A stretch of 64,000 nucleotides of DNA from Octopus sinensis (Eukaryota): positions 34,472,001-34,536,000 of the forward strand of contig NC_043013.1 in the NCBI RefSeq assembly GCF_006345805.1, read 5' to 3'. The number at the start of each line of letters is the position of its first letter. Position 1 is the first letter of the stretch. The notes below the pieces were generated by a model, which was not told where the DNA came from, ran no database searches, and worked only from the letters and a program-made list of their open reading frames with translations. This document shows, piece by piece, positions 50,977 through 64,000 of this stretch. A program made the position numbers and the translations under genes.

Positions 50977-51425
50977 GGTGCCACATAAAAAGCATCCAGT
51001 GTTCTCTGTAAAATAGTTGGAGTCAGAAATGGTATCCAACAAGAAAAAGCATGCCAAAAAGACCTCTCTGGTGCTGGTGCCACATAGAAAACACCCAGTC
51101 TGCTCTGTAACGTGGTTGGCAGTAGGAAGGGCATCCAGTCATAAAGACCATGCTAAAAGGGGGGCTTGCTGGTGTTGATGCCACATAAAAAGTACCCAGT
51201 GTGCTCTTTAATGTGGTTGGCATTAGAACAGCATCCAACCATAAAGGCCATGCCAAAAGGGGACCTTGCTGGTGCCACATAAAAAGCATCCAGTCTACTC
51301 TGTAAAGTGGTTAGCTTTAGGAAGAGCATCCAGCTGTGAAAACCATGGCAAAACAGATAGTGGCACTTGGTACAATTTTCTGGCGTGCCAGCTCCTTTCA
51401 AACCACGACGATGTTGATGATGGTT
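50977..51425 (+). repeat. Four tandem ~94-101-bp units derived from the RTE 3' UTR, ending in a decayed RTE tail
   Basis: G(G/A)TGCCACATA(A/G)AAA..CCAGT starts at 50977, 51076, 51177 and 51271. Confidence 0.88.
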
Positions 51426-51954
51426 CATGCATTCTGAGAGTGGTGTCAAATAAATGCACACCCACATATATAAACATTTATATATATACACTACAAAATT
51501 AAGATAAATGCAAATATGAATTATTGATAATTCATACTTTTGTTTTTCTTAATTTTCCTCTACAGATGCTCTGTATATCATAAATAGTAACACTACAAAG
51601 TACAATGGTAGGTTAACAACTAAACTGGAAGTTCATTGGCTAATGGTAATCTATGTGGAGCTGTAAGTCATAGTTATACATATACATCAAACTGTACGCA
51701 CATAAAGTGTCTTTATACACACACACACATGCAGTGAGAGACATATATGCACACATTGTCAGCATATATATATATATAGAAGGCCAAGTCAAATTTCTGT
51801 TGATTTGGTTTTGTCACACTTATATGAGAAGTGGTTTATTTGAAGAGTGAGTGCTGGTGTGGTGTGTATTAGAAAAATAGGGAGATTAGAAAGCAAATCA
51901 CAAAAGAAAGGAGGAAAAGAAAGAGGAGACTGGCATGGAAGGAATGGTAAAGTA

Positions 51955-52582
51955 CTAGTAAATCCACTCATAAACCTCTGGTCTGCCCAAGGTTATAGTA
52001 GAAGACACTTGCCCAAGATGCCACACTGTGGAACTGAACCCAGAACCAAGTAGTTGCAAAGCAAGCTTCTTACCACACAGTCACGTGTGTACATATTTGC
52101 ACACTTCTATATTCACACACATACATGTATCTGTACATACACGTTTCTGTACATACACACACACATACTCTCTCTATCTTTTACTCTTTACTCTTTTACT
52201 TGTTTCAGTCATTTGACTGTGGCCATGCTGGAGCACCACCTTTAGTCAAGGAAAATGCCCCCAGGACTTATTCTCTGTAAGCTTAGTACTTATTCTATCG
52301 GTCTCTTTTGCTGAAACCGCTAAGTTACGGGGACATAAGCACACCAGCATCGATTGTCAAGCGATGTTGGAGGTGGGGGGACAAACACTGACACACAAAC
52401 ACATATATATACCTGTACACGATTGGTTTCTTTCAGTTTCCGTCTACCAAATCCACTCACAAGGCTTTGGTTGGCCCAAGGCTATAGTAGAAGACACTTG
52501 CCCAAGGTGCCATACAGTGGGACTGAACCTGGAACCATGTGGTTGGTAAGCAAGCTATTTACCACACAGCCACTCCTGCGCT
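51955..52582 (-). mobile_element. SINE family A: partial copy (51955-52095) and full copy (52175-52582)
   Basis: Reverse complement of the family A consensus. Confidence 0.88.
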
Positions 52583-53479
52583 TATATACATATGTAAGTA
52601 TCTGTACAAATACACACACAAACAAAAAGAAAGATATCTCTTCAAATGTATGTGTAGTCTTTTATAGTCTTTTATTGGTCTTGATTGTTGAAATACAGTC
52701 ATGATTTGGCACAGCCTTTAAGAGTTTTTGCGAAATTAAATCTTCTCAATTACTTTGGTACTTATTTATCAGTGGAATTGTAGAATTGTTGGAGCAACTT
52801 CGTCTTTCATCTTTCTGGGATCAGTCAATTATGGATGTGGATTTATATGCTTAAAATTCATTCTAGATATGAATGGAATTATAATAGAAGACTTTGGGAA
52901 GATGAAAGGCGAAAACATCTTGGGTGCAAAGAGATATAAGCAGGATCTAAAAGGACTTAGCCAATACAATACAATACAATGTTATTCATCATACTAATGA
53001 TTTTGATATCCCTTGTTTATTGCAAAGGATATCAAAATCCCCTGCAATATATCACTTTTGATTTTTTAGTTTTATCATAATGTAGAAATATCACTCATTC
53101 AGTCACTCACTCACATACATACATAGAAATGTGCATATATACATAGATACGTATGTTGTACTGTGTTTTTTTTATTATTTAAAACATCTACAATATAGGA
53201 TAAAATAGAAATTAATAAATTGATAAAAGCTGATTGGAAATAAAGTTGTTACAAAGATCAAGTTACACTCAAATGTTTATGATTACATGCCTTGCAGTAA
53301 ACTTAAGATTTTCACAGGGTATTCACAGTGTGCAGTAGACAAAAATCAAGCAAAAGGATATGACATGACATGAGCATAGAATAAAATGTGTATTTGAGTA
53401 TATTTAAGTTACATGCATACATAAGATTCTACCTCCCTATACAACATGACATTGTCACAAAAAAATATATAAGGCCATT

Positions 53480-53915
53480 TGGAAAAAAGACTTCTGGAAT
53501 AATTACAGAGAATCCCCTTGTTATTGAATAAGTGCACAAATAACACAAGGAATACTGGTGGAATATTCCTATCAAAACATCTGTCAAGTGTAAGGATAAC
53601 AGGTCAGATATTGTTGTTTGGGAGAAATAAGGAAATAGAAGTAAGCTGTCTTGTTGATGTGAATATCTCTTTCAAAATCAAAGAGAAAGAAGATAACTAA
53701 GGATGACTGCTTTGAAACCTCTGGATCACAAACTTACATTTGTCCCAATAATAACTGGAGCATGTGGTTTTGTAAGTAAATGCTTAATTGTCAGTTTGGA
53801 TAAGTTTGGGTTTTCAGAAAAAGTGCTCAACCAGCTGACTGACAAACTATAAATACTATCTGTAAGTGGAACAGTAAAACTATGCAAGACTTTTCTCGGG
53901 TTTAAAATGTGACAT
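53480..53915 (+). mobile_element. Decayed REL-endonuclease domain of an R2/R4/NeSL-group non-LTR retrotransposon
   Basis: YWWNIPIKTSVKCKDNRSDIVVWEK...FVPIITGACGFVSKCL...LSVSGTVKLCKTFLGFKM*. Confidence 0.75.
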
Positions 53916-54014
53916 TGTTTTCGTTATCTACTTTACAAAGATGGAGCTTTGTATCTTTGTTAGAAACCAGTTCCTTCTTCAGAGGAAGAATTTAAATGAT
54001 TAAAAACAGAGTGT

Positions 54015-54120
54015 TACATACATACATACAAATATACATACATACATAATACAATCATAAATACATACATAATACAATCATACATACATACATACATACA
54101 TACATACATACATACATACA

Positions 54121-54152
<32 letters not shown>

Positions 54153-54160
54153 CATACATG
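54015..54160. repeat. (TACA)n tetranucleotide repeat
   Basis: Direct inspection. Confidence 0.97.
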
Positions 54161-54597
54161 AATGCATACTGAGTTGGCAGATAAATTCATTCGTGTCTTT
54201 CCATATATTTTAATCCTTATTTTCAGCATCAATTTTAACAAATCAGTCAATAATCTATTTTCCTTCAGTGTTCAAAATTACCTGCCAATGTCCCACTTAT
54301 TTGTCAAATGCCTTGACAGCAGAAATAGATTTAGCAAACTACATTTTGAGGTGGGGTCACCTTGCTATATTTGTTCCAGCCATTTGCCTTCTGAGGTCTT
54401 ATGCAACACACTGAAACCATCATTTCATGTAACCCCCATTTGTCATTTCTTGAAGCATTTAGCTGAGCTCACTCTTTTGCAAGTATTTGAGCCACATCTC
54501 TGGCTCAAGGAAAACTTCTTCCCTCCATCCTACAGTCTCAGATATGCTGGGCATTACCATTTGTTCTGTGCATATGAAGATACAAAAAAAAACAAAA

Positions 54598-54812
54598 AAA
54601 TAAACGTGTCTGCGTTTGTCCCCCTAGCATTGCTTGACAACCGATGCTGGTGTGTTTATGTTCCTGTTACTTAGCGATTTGGCAAAAGAGACTGATAGAA
54701 TAAGTACTGGGCTTACAAAAGAATAAGTCCCGGGGTCGAGTTGCTCAATTAAAGGCAGTGCTCCAGCATGGCCACAGTCAAATGACTGAAACAAGTAAAA
54801 GAGTAAAGAGTA
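54598..54812 (+). mobile_element. SINE family A, 3' half
   Basis: Matches the family A tail. Confidence 0.88.
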
Positions 54813-56310
54813 TATACAAATAAAAACAAACAGTCCATACTCAAAGTGAAACCTTTATGAGATTCAGTTTTGAAATTCTACTCTCTACATTACTGGTTTA
54901 ATTCTGCCAGATTTCATTTTGATTATCCATTCCTCTGGGGTTGAGAAAATAATTAGGTCCATAAGTAAAATAAGATTCCATCAATTACACACCTTCTACA
55001 AAATTTGGCTGAGTCAAATGAAATCAAAATATACATATATTATTAGAAGAATCCTAACTCGTTACTCTATGGAACTGTCTGCAAATGTGTGTCTTTTTGT
55101 ATATCAATATCTCTACATTGACACCTCTCTCTCCCTCATGCATATATATATATATACATATATACTTGTATATATACACATATATGTATATCTATGTCGC
55201 TATATCTACATACGTGTGTGTGTGTGTATGCATAATATGCACATATATGCTATTGTGTTAGAGTGCAGGCAGACATACACTACTAAATACATTTCAAAGT
55301 AGTTAGTTTTGAATCAAATTGCTCGTTATCAAAGATTTTGATTAATCATTTACAGGAGTAATTTCCCAGTGTCATTAATGAAACATTCTTCAATGTTAAC
55401 AGTTTTTGATATATATGTGTGTGGGTGTGTGTGTATATATATACACATACATATATATATATATGTGTGTATGTGTATATATATATATATATACACACAC
55501 AGACATACTTACATACATATATTTATGTATATGTAATAATTTATTTCTGCGTAGTAAGTATTGCATTGCATACATTTGTGTGTGTGTGTGTATATATGCA
55601 TACATACAAGCATACATACATATATATATAGACATACATACATATATATATATATATATAATCATTAAACATCCACCAGCTTCAATGTAAGTACATATAT
55701 ATATATATACATACATATATACACATACATGTATGTAGGTGTATAAATATCCAATATATGTGTGTATTTATCAGTTGTGGCACACACATTTCCACACACT
55801 CGTATGAACACACACACGTACACACATGCACACATATATGTATATGCACATATATGCTTATATATATAAATAGATATTTACATATAAATACAATTAAATG
55901 TATCTATATCTACATTATAAGCACATAACTATATACACATATGTATTTTCACACACATACATGCACACACACACACATACACCTCGTTTGATGTATAGTG
56001 CAGTAATTGAATTTGCTAAGTACATATACATATAAACTATAGAAGAATGATGAATATATGATACAAATGAGAATATTCTCGAAGCATTGTAAGTCTTAAG
56101 ATGGCTCAGAGTATTAATATGTCATTTCAGTGTGTCCTTGTGTTGTGGTGCCACCTGTTGAGTGGTGTTTCATTGTCAGCAGGTGATGTGGTATAGCTTG
56201 GCAGGGTGCTTATGTATGATATGTGAAATTGTTGTTGCTGGGCCCTAATTGATTTTGATTGCTCAAATCTAAGAGATTCCAGCCATGGCCCTTCTGTCTT
56301 TTTTGTCTTA

Positions 56311-56572
56311 TAAAACTTATTCTATTGGTCTCTTTTGCTGAATTGCTAAATTACAGGAATGTAAACACACTGACATCGGTCATCAAGTGACAGTGGGGGA
56401 ACATATATATATATAACGGGCTTCTTTCAGTTTCCGTGTACCAAATCCACTCACAATGCTTTGGTCAGCCCGAGGCTATAGCAGAAGATACTTGCCCAAG
56501 TTGCCACATAGTGAGACTGAACCTGGAACCATGTGGCTGGAAAGCAAGCTTATCACACACCCACTCCTGCAC

Positions 56573-56628
<56 letters not shown>

Positions 56629-57255
56629 TTGTGTGTCTGTATTTGTCCCCCCACCATTGCTTGACAACTGCTGCAGGCGTGTTGACATCCCTGTAATTTA
56701 GTGGTTCAGCAAAAGAGAATGATAGAATAAGTACTAGGTTTACAAAGAATAAGTCCCATTGTCAATTGGTTGAACTAAAAGCAGTGCTCCAGCATGGTCA
56801 CAATCAAATGACTGAAACAACAAAGAGGAAAAGGAAGCAGGTTCTCTTAGTTTCAGTCTACAAAATCCGATCACAAGACTTTGGTCAGCTCATGTTTGTA
56901 GTAGAAAAAGAAAAAAATTTTTCCAAGTTGCCATGCAGTGGGGCTGAACCTGAAATCATGTGGTTGGAAAGGAAACTTTTTAACCACACAGCCATGGTTA
57001 CATCTACTATTGTATGTATATATATATATATACACACACACAATGGGCTTCTTTTCAGTTTCCATCAACCAAATCCACTCACAAGGCTTTGGTTGGCCCA
57101 AGGTGCCACCCAGTGGGACTGAACCCAGAACTGTGTGGTTGGGAAGCAAGCTTTTTACCACAGAGTACCTAACTTAATATAAACACTGGGGTAGATCTGT
57201 TCAACTAAATACTTCAAGGCAGTGCCCCAGCATGGCCAGGGTTCAGTGACTGATC
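56311..57255. mobile_element. Cluster of five SINE family A pieces in mixed orientation
   Basis: 56311-56575 (-), 56625-56830 (+), 56838-57005 (-), 57040-57165 (-), 57180-57255 (+). Confidence 0.82.
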
Positions 57256-57371
57256 TAATTAGAAAGAATTAAAAAAAGTAGCAAGTGAACCGTGTTGAAA
57301 CTCCTTCATTGGTTTGTTTAGTGTGATGTTTAAAAGCCTGGTGTATGCAATGATGTAATATATCACACCAT

Positions 57372-57490
57372 AGTGCATGGTATGGTAAGGTAGGGTAGGG
57401 CATGGCTTGGATTGGCTTGGCCTGGCCTGGCCTGGCCTAGCCTGGCCTTGGCATGGCCTGGCATGGCAAGGCATAGTATGGCATGGAATA
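57372..57490. repeat. Degenerate pentanucleotide array (GGTAG/GGCTT/GGCCT/GGCAT)n
   Basis: Direct inspection. Confidence 0.9.
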
Positions 57491-58451
57491 TTGTAGTAGT
57501 GTGCTGTCATGTATCATAACGTATGGATGGTGGCGTTTGCAAGTCGGGTGTTGCTGTTGCTGTTATTATTAGTGGCGGTGATGGTGTTGGTAATGATGGT
57601 GGTGGCGGCGGCGCGGTGGTGGTAGTGGTGGTGGTGGTTGTGGTGGGGGTGAGGGTCAGGGTGAAGTCAGTTTGGAAACCAGTCAGAATCAGAGAATCAG
57701 AATCAGAATGTTTACCAAATGTTGGATATATTCTTACCAAGAATACTTACTAATTGCTTTTAATAAATGATCAGATGAGAAAGTCTTCATAATTTAGCTT
57801 TTCCTATATTGATATCTGTCATTAGTGTAGCTGCTGTCACTGTTGTATTCAACGCTAATGACAATGATACAGCACAGGCCTTACTGTATTACCATAATGA
57901 GGGTTTCGTAAAATTTGGGTGTGGAGGCAAGGCGGGGAGGGGGCGAATGGGGGGGGCGAGGAGGGAGAGAGAGAAAATGGATTGGATGAAGGGAGAGAGA
58001 TGGAGCGAGGGGAGGATGCGATGGTGGTGGTGGTGGGGGGTGGCTTTAACGTTTGACCTTGTTTTCTCCGTATCAAATTTGATTACGAATGGACTAAAGA
58101 AGGCGAAATGACTTCATTAAGTCAAAAGCTATAATTTTAACAGAATGGGTTTTGTTTCGTGCATCTAATATCTTGCCAAGAATTGTTTGAATTCCAGCCT
58201 GGATAAATAAGAACCGCATAAGAATCATTGTTGTTTTCCATACTACTACTACTAATACTACCACTACCATAACTACTACTACTACTACTACTACTACTAG
58301 ACATTATCAATTTACACCAAAATCTTTTACTAAACCTGATATTTGAATTCTCACAAGATTACACTATCATAAATATCCACTTGATATATGTATATATTCA
58401 CATATGTGTATGTATGCTTGTATTTGTATGTATGTATATATATATATATTC

Positions 58452-58496
<45 letters not shown>

Positions 58497-58499
58497 CTC

Positions 58500-58542
<43 letters not shown>

Positions 58543-58786
58543 CATGTTGTATACATGGGGAGATATGTGAGAAAGATATATTTGATTTTGTATGTAGATG
58601 TACGGGGGAGTGACTGTGTGAAAAGGAATTTGATTTTACAAACGAAAGTAAAAAGTACTCAATTCATTAAGTAGAGTTTATGTTTTTAAAATTCTAACCT
58701 GAAAGCAGAAATGTGAAACTAAGTAATATTTCCATGTGTGTGTGTGTCTATGTGTGTGTGTATGCATGCATATGTATGTATATATA

Positions 58787-59690
58787 TTCAAGGGGAAGAT
58801 AAGCATCATCTACAACTTTCTTTAAATTGGCTACAATGCTTTCAGTGGTCCCATGCTAACTAAAGGGTGGTATTCTTGAGGCTATGGAACCAAGGTTTGC
58901 TCTTAGTGTGCTCCAGTTTTCTTTCTTGTATTACAGAGTAAACATAGCAGCTCTGCTTGTTGTGTGCACCAAAGAAGAATAGATATCAGTGATTTGGTTT
59001 CTCTTGACTGAAGCTGTGTCAGGGGCTGAAATTCATTGCAGCCTTTCAGTACAATAAAGGGACAGTACTCTATCACATAGAAGTGTGCATGTGTGGATAG
59101 AGAAAATTTTAAATGACCAAACAAGTATCAAGCACAAAGAGGAAGCAGGATAGCCATCAGCCTCCACCACTGACATGAAGATTCAACAAGCTTGAGAGAT
59201 GGGTTTTGGTGAACCAATGAGTGACCATCAATGAGGTGGCACATTCCCCACAAACTAGTCAAGGTTCTGCATATAAAATCATCTTTGACAAGTTATACTT
59301 TCATAAAAACTTTGCTAGCCAGGTGCCAAAATGAGCTTACCAAATCATATATGTACAATCATGGGGGAGATCTGTCAACACTTACTTGACCACTAACAAT
59401 GAAGGCAAAGCGTTTCTGGAGAGAATTGTCATAGAAGATGAGATCTTGGTCTATTCCTTTGGGCCAGAATTGAGAGGTAGAGAATGGGGTGGAAAAACTC
59501 AGAATCACCAGCAACAAAGAAATTGAGACACAATCTTCCACAAAAAGTGATGCTAACCAGTTTTTGGGACACAAACAAGCCTATACTTGAACATTACCTG
59601 GAAAAGGAGTCTATAGTTACTGGTGTAGGCTACAGTGAAATGCTGGACAACAAACTGCAACCAGCAATTCATACTAAACATTGAGGCATA
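58787..59690 (+). mobile_element. Second mariner (irritans/Hsmar2-like), 5' two-thirds, decayed
   Basis: AALLVVCTKEE*ISVIWFLLTEAVSGAEIH...WIEK...PSASTTD...WKNSESPATKK...KVMLTSFWDTNKPILEHYLEK...YSEMLDNKLQPAI. No 3' TIR was found. Confidence 0.85.
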
Positions 59691-60024
59691 ATGAACTATA
59701 ATAACACGAGTAATTTCTTATTGGGGCGGGGGGCATTGTTCTCATTGACTGGTGGGTGTACATTATTTTGGTTTGGTTTCAGTGACTGGTTTCTTTTCTT
59801 ATGCCAACCTCTTTACAGATTGCATTGGATGTATTTCCTTTCGGTTCAAAGACTAAAGGAGTTTGTAAATTCTCATAGTGTTTAGACTACAAAACCTTCT
59901 TAACCCTACATTCCTCCTGTTTGCTCTCGACACCTCTAGTTGGGAGGACCTTCAGCCATGGCTTCAGCTCATTAAGAGTATGCCACGTGCACTGTGAGTC
60001 TAGCAAGAACTCAGTAGCTTCAGA

Positions 60025-60440
60025 TACTCTTTTACTCTTCTACTTGTTTCAGTCATTTGACTGTGCCATGCTGGAGCACAGCCTTTAGTCAAGCAAATCG
60101 ATCCCAGGACTTATTCTTTGTAAGCCTAGTAGTTATTCTATCAGTCTCTTTTGCCGAACTGTTAAGTTACGGGAATGTAACACACCAACATCGGTTGTCA
60201 AGCATGTTGGGGGAGACAAACACAGACACACAAACATATACACACACATACATATATACACAATATATATACATATATACAATGGGCTCCTTTCAGTTTC
60301 CATCTACCAAATCCACTCACAAGGCTTTGGTCAGTCGGAGGCTATAGTAGAAGACACTTGCCCAAGGTGCCACGCATTGGGATTGAACCCAGAACCATGT
60401 TTTTGGTAAGCAAGCTACTTATCACACAGCCACCCTTATG
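60025..60440 (-). mobile_element. SINE family A, full length
   Basis: Reverse complement of the family A consensus. Confidence 0.9.
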
Positions 60441-61274
60441 CACTTTCACATAAACAATGTGACCAAGGAGGGGAATAGGTGAGAACAATAGCAGCAGAAA
60501 GGTGTGAATGAATGGGTGATGGAGCATGAATATAAAAATGGTAGACAGGATTGTTGTGGTGGATACAGGAGAGGAATGATAGCTAATAGCAATGGTAGAC
60601 AAAACAAGAATGGGTAATGTGGAAAAGCAGTAGCAGAAGAGGGGGAACAGTAAGAGTAAGTGTTGATGGAAGTGGTAATTTTAAAAATTTGAATTAAAAA
60701 TTTTTGTAATCATCATATATTTTGTATTTCCTACATGAAAATTCCCAAGAAATTTTTGGAAAATAGTGTAAAGTAATAAAAATTGCACATATATATGGAT
60801 GATAGCTGAAATTTTGAAATGCTGTTTTTTTTACAGTGAAATCATAATTTGCATTGCTGAAAGCATCAGGCTACAAAGAAATGCTTGCAGAATGAAAAAT
60901 CAAACAAAACGTAGCGGGGGGTGTGTATTCACCATGTCTGCTTTAGTATCCCGCCCCACCCCCACACACATATAAGCAGCTACATGCAATATAAAACCAT
61001 GAAGGAAATATTTAATCATCACTAATTGTGATTGAGTGTGCTGAACAACACATGTATGTATTACTAGAGATAAGAGTTAAACGCTTAAAACTGTGTAAGC
61101 GCACATTTTATATACAATGACAGGGGAGATAACCACCCCATGAACAAAGCTGGGGAACCACTGGTCATCATTAGCGAAGATTAAATTTTTCCTGTATGGT
61201 TTTATATTGCACATAGCTGCTTATATTAATTTTTAGTATACACAGAATTCCACTAAATCAGTCATACATTTATA

Positions 61275-61366
<92 letters not shown>

Positions 61367-61768
61367 CATATATACATATATATATACATATATGTGTGTG
61401 TGCGTATATGTATATATATATATACTGACGGAGGGTTTTAGCTGAACCATTTGAGCAATGGGGGTAGACACTGCTGGAAAGTCTGTAATTAACTGACAAA
61501 CTAGTCTGCTTATGCAGCTTTAAGGGTCTTTAACATATTTCTAGCGATATAGGTGATATTCAGTACCCTCAGTCACAATTAGTGACGATTGAATGTATAT
61601 ATGTAAACTTGAATCTCATGACAAATAACCAGCATTTAGAACACTATGTTTAGTTCCATTTGAGTATTTGTATCATTTTCTATGAATCCTGCGTCTAGGT
61701 GATTTACAGAGTACATGTAGAAAATACAAGGAAACATTAGAGATTGTTTACAAGGCATTTAGTTAAAT

Positions 61769-61843
61769 CATCTTACAAATGTTTCATCAATGTAAGGAAA
61801 TTAAATTACATAACCACGTCTTATTGTCAAATCATCAGAGATG
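61769..61843 (-). ncRNA. Decayed type I hammerhead motif downstream of a Neptune-type PLE relic
   Basis: Minus strand: CATCT CTGATGA ...(base of stem II degenerate)... GAAA CATTTG TA AGATG. Confidence 0.55.
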
Positions 61844-62439
61844 GGTAATTTTATTTGTAACATTATTGGATTGAAAAGATGTTGACAGAATGAATGAACA
61901 TGGATTTGATGAGCAACTGTATTCAAGGAACTTGGGGAAACACCTTATATTTGGCATTGATGAAGGAAATCTACACAAAAAAGAGCAGGGTTTTATCAAT
62001 TGTTTTTCTTTGATGCTAATTAAGTTTAATGTTGAGGGGTAGTGTCATAAAAACAAGCAACCAAACATTTATTGGATGATCAATTGTACATCCATCATAC
62101 AAACATATATTTTCATAAGCACAAACACTCATATATATATATATATATATATGTATGCATGTATGTATATATGGAGAAAGGGGGAGAGCCATATATGTGC
62201 ACAAACCTACACACATCAATGTGCATGTTTTCATATGTACATGTATATTTTTGATATATCCGTATAATATATATCTCTAATGGGCAAAATCATATTATAT
62301 CGCTGTTTATGTGTCAGTAATTGATATAGTATATGATTCCATTTCATGGATAAATCATTGCTGTCTATTTAACTGTATTCTGACTTTCCATGTACCTGGA
62401 GTTATGATGAAAATGGTAAGTTCTGAGAAATTTATATTT

Positions 62440-63720
62440 TACAGGATATGATGCTCTCATTCTCAGATTAAGTTGTTTTTTTTTATCTGCTAACATTTCA
62501 AACCCTTTCTATTGTACAAAGTCTATGATCTTCATTTTATTTTCTGTGATAGTCCATTGTGGTGTGAAACTAATAACTTTAGATTTCAAGCTCCATATGT
62601 ATTCTGCAAGTGAAGTTGTTTTACTTAATTTTCTATTATTTAAAAAGTATGCCTAAGCATAACATTGTGGCACTTAAATGTGCTTGATGTAATATTTATT
62701 GTTCATGTAATATTTATTGTTTTCTAGCATTATTGTATTTCCTATTAGCACCTACTTTGAAAGAGACAATTAGTAATTATTCTTCACTGACAAGTGTTTG
62801 AGTTTGATGCTGAGAATTCCAGGTGTTTTGGAATAGTTGAAATTTTCATATTAATATTTATAATATTTTTGTCCTATCTGTTACTGTTTTTATTAGTGTT
62901 TTTATTAGTATTAAAAGGAATATAAGACTTTACATATTTGTTATCCGTTTTGGGTTGTTACAAATTTCAAATTTATCTTTATGGTATTGTCCTTCTTCAG
63001 GGTATGATTTTTGTTATTGTTGTTCAAATCAGTGGTTTACCCGTTTAATGAATAGCTTGGATCCTAATTCCTGCTGTCAAGATTATTTGATTTCTTCTTC
63101 TTCTTCGTATTATTATTATTATTATCATCATCATCATTATAATATTCACTCAATATTGAATGTATAAGGGTTTATCTTCTGCCATTAGTTGAGCATTAAA
63201 ATTTCTGATACATTTGTTAATTTTTGAGATGTTTTGAGGTGTTTGAGTAGTCACTGTTGTATTGCAGACTATGGGAATTTTACCATTTTACCATGAAGAT
63301 GCTATGATATCTAAAAAGTATAAGGATTTTTATTTTTTTAGAATATTAAATAAGACTCTGGGGATATTGATGATGAAAATTCTTGTATAAGGAGTATTAT
63401 ACCATGTTATATTACTTTTCCTTTTTTCCCTGTTAACTATATTCAACGGTGTTTGAGTAAGACTATATATCACTTTGTGGTTTTCTAGTGAAATTGTGGT
63501 TCAGGTGAAATTGTTATTTTGGAATTAGAACAAATAAAAGTTTAATTTATTTTTTATGGACTATTTTAAATTGCTTATGTTTGTTAGTGTGTTGTAAGTA
63601 TGAAATATATTGGTATCTTCAATATTTTAATCTTTATATGCACAGCTTCTTACATGACCATATTTAGATATTGTCCTGCACTGGACCGTGGGTTTCAATC
63701 TATTTGCTATACCATTTGTA
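62440..63720 (-). mobile_element. Decayed Neptune-type PLE (linker + GIY-YIG)
   Basis: KRKSNITWYNTPY (~63385-63425), and TTSLAEYIWSLKSK..QWTI and LCTIE (~62490-62630), which resemble the 31471 ORF. Confidence 0.65.
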
Positions 63721-64000
63721 CTGAGTGATGTCTATGTTAGCTTACTGGGAGGTTTTGTTAGGGTTTACCATTATCCAATCTTCATTATCCATTTTTCTGT
63801 TTATCTGTTATATATTTATGGGTATTCTGATCTTCTGTGGTTTGCAGTTTAGTACTAATAATATTTTTGTTAGTTTACACTTTGTTTTTCTATTCATAGA
63901 GTTTTGAATAAAGGTAGGATATTTCTACCTTTATGAGTATTACTGATTCTTTTAGTGCAGTTCTGTTGTTTACCTGGAGGAAAATACTTAATTCTATCCT

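Overview
AT-rich, microsatellite- and transposon-dense eukaryotic DNA. The SINE/RTE/Penelope repeat families look like those of an octopus (coleoid cephalopod); this assignment is inferred from repeat recognition, not from a search. Only one protein-coding gene is supportable. It lies on the minus strand as a ~4.5-kb coding exon (ATG 6199; acceptor at 6266; probable donor at 1720). It encodes about 24-25 tandem 44-aa (132-bp) repeats followed by a thiamine-triphosphatase-like CYTH domain that keeps the basic phosphate-binding residues but has lost most acidic metal ligands, suggesting a pseudoenzyme. Nine small deletions (10 nt in total) in the most homogeneous repeats break the frame; restoring them rejoins the two ORFs exactly, so they are probably assembly errors. 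The rest is intron/intergenic: at least four tRNA-headed SINE families, RTE, L1/Tx1 and R4/Dong-type LINE relics, two mariners, two piggyBac-like MITEs and four Penelope-like element (PLE) relics. Four type I hammerhead ribozyme motifs share a CAATTG/CATTTG-UA core; one has a fully intact core inside a ~255-bp (TA)n-flanked unit. One PLE derivative has inverted ends and carries a GIY-YIG-only ORF. No rRNA, true tRNA or CRISPR features are supported. Most ORFs in the supplied track are microsatellite artefacts. Transposon boundaries without a stated TSD or TIR are approximate.
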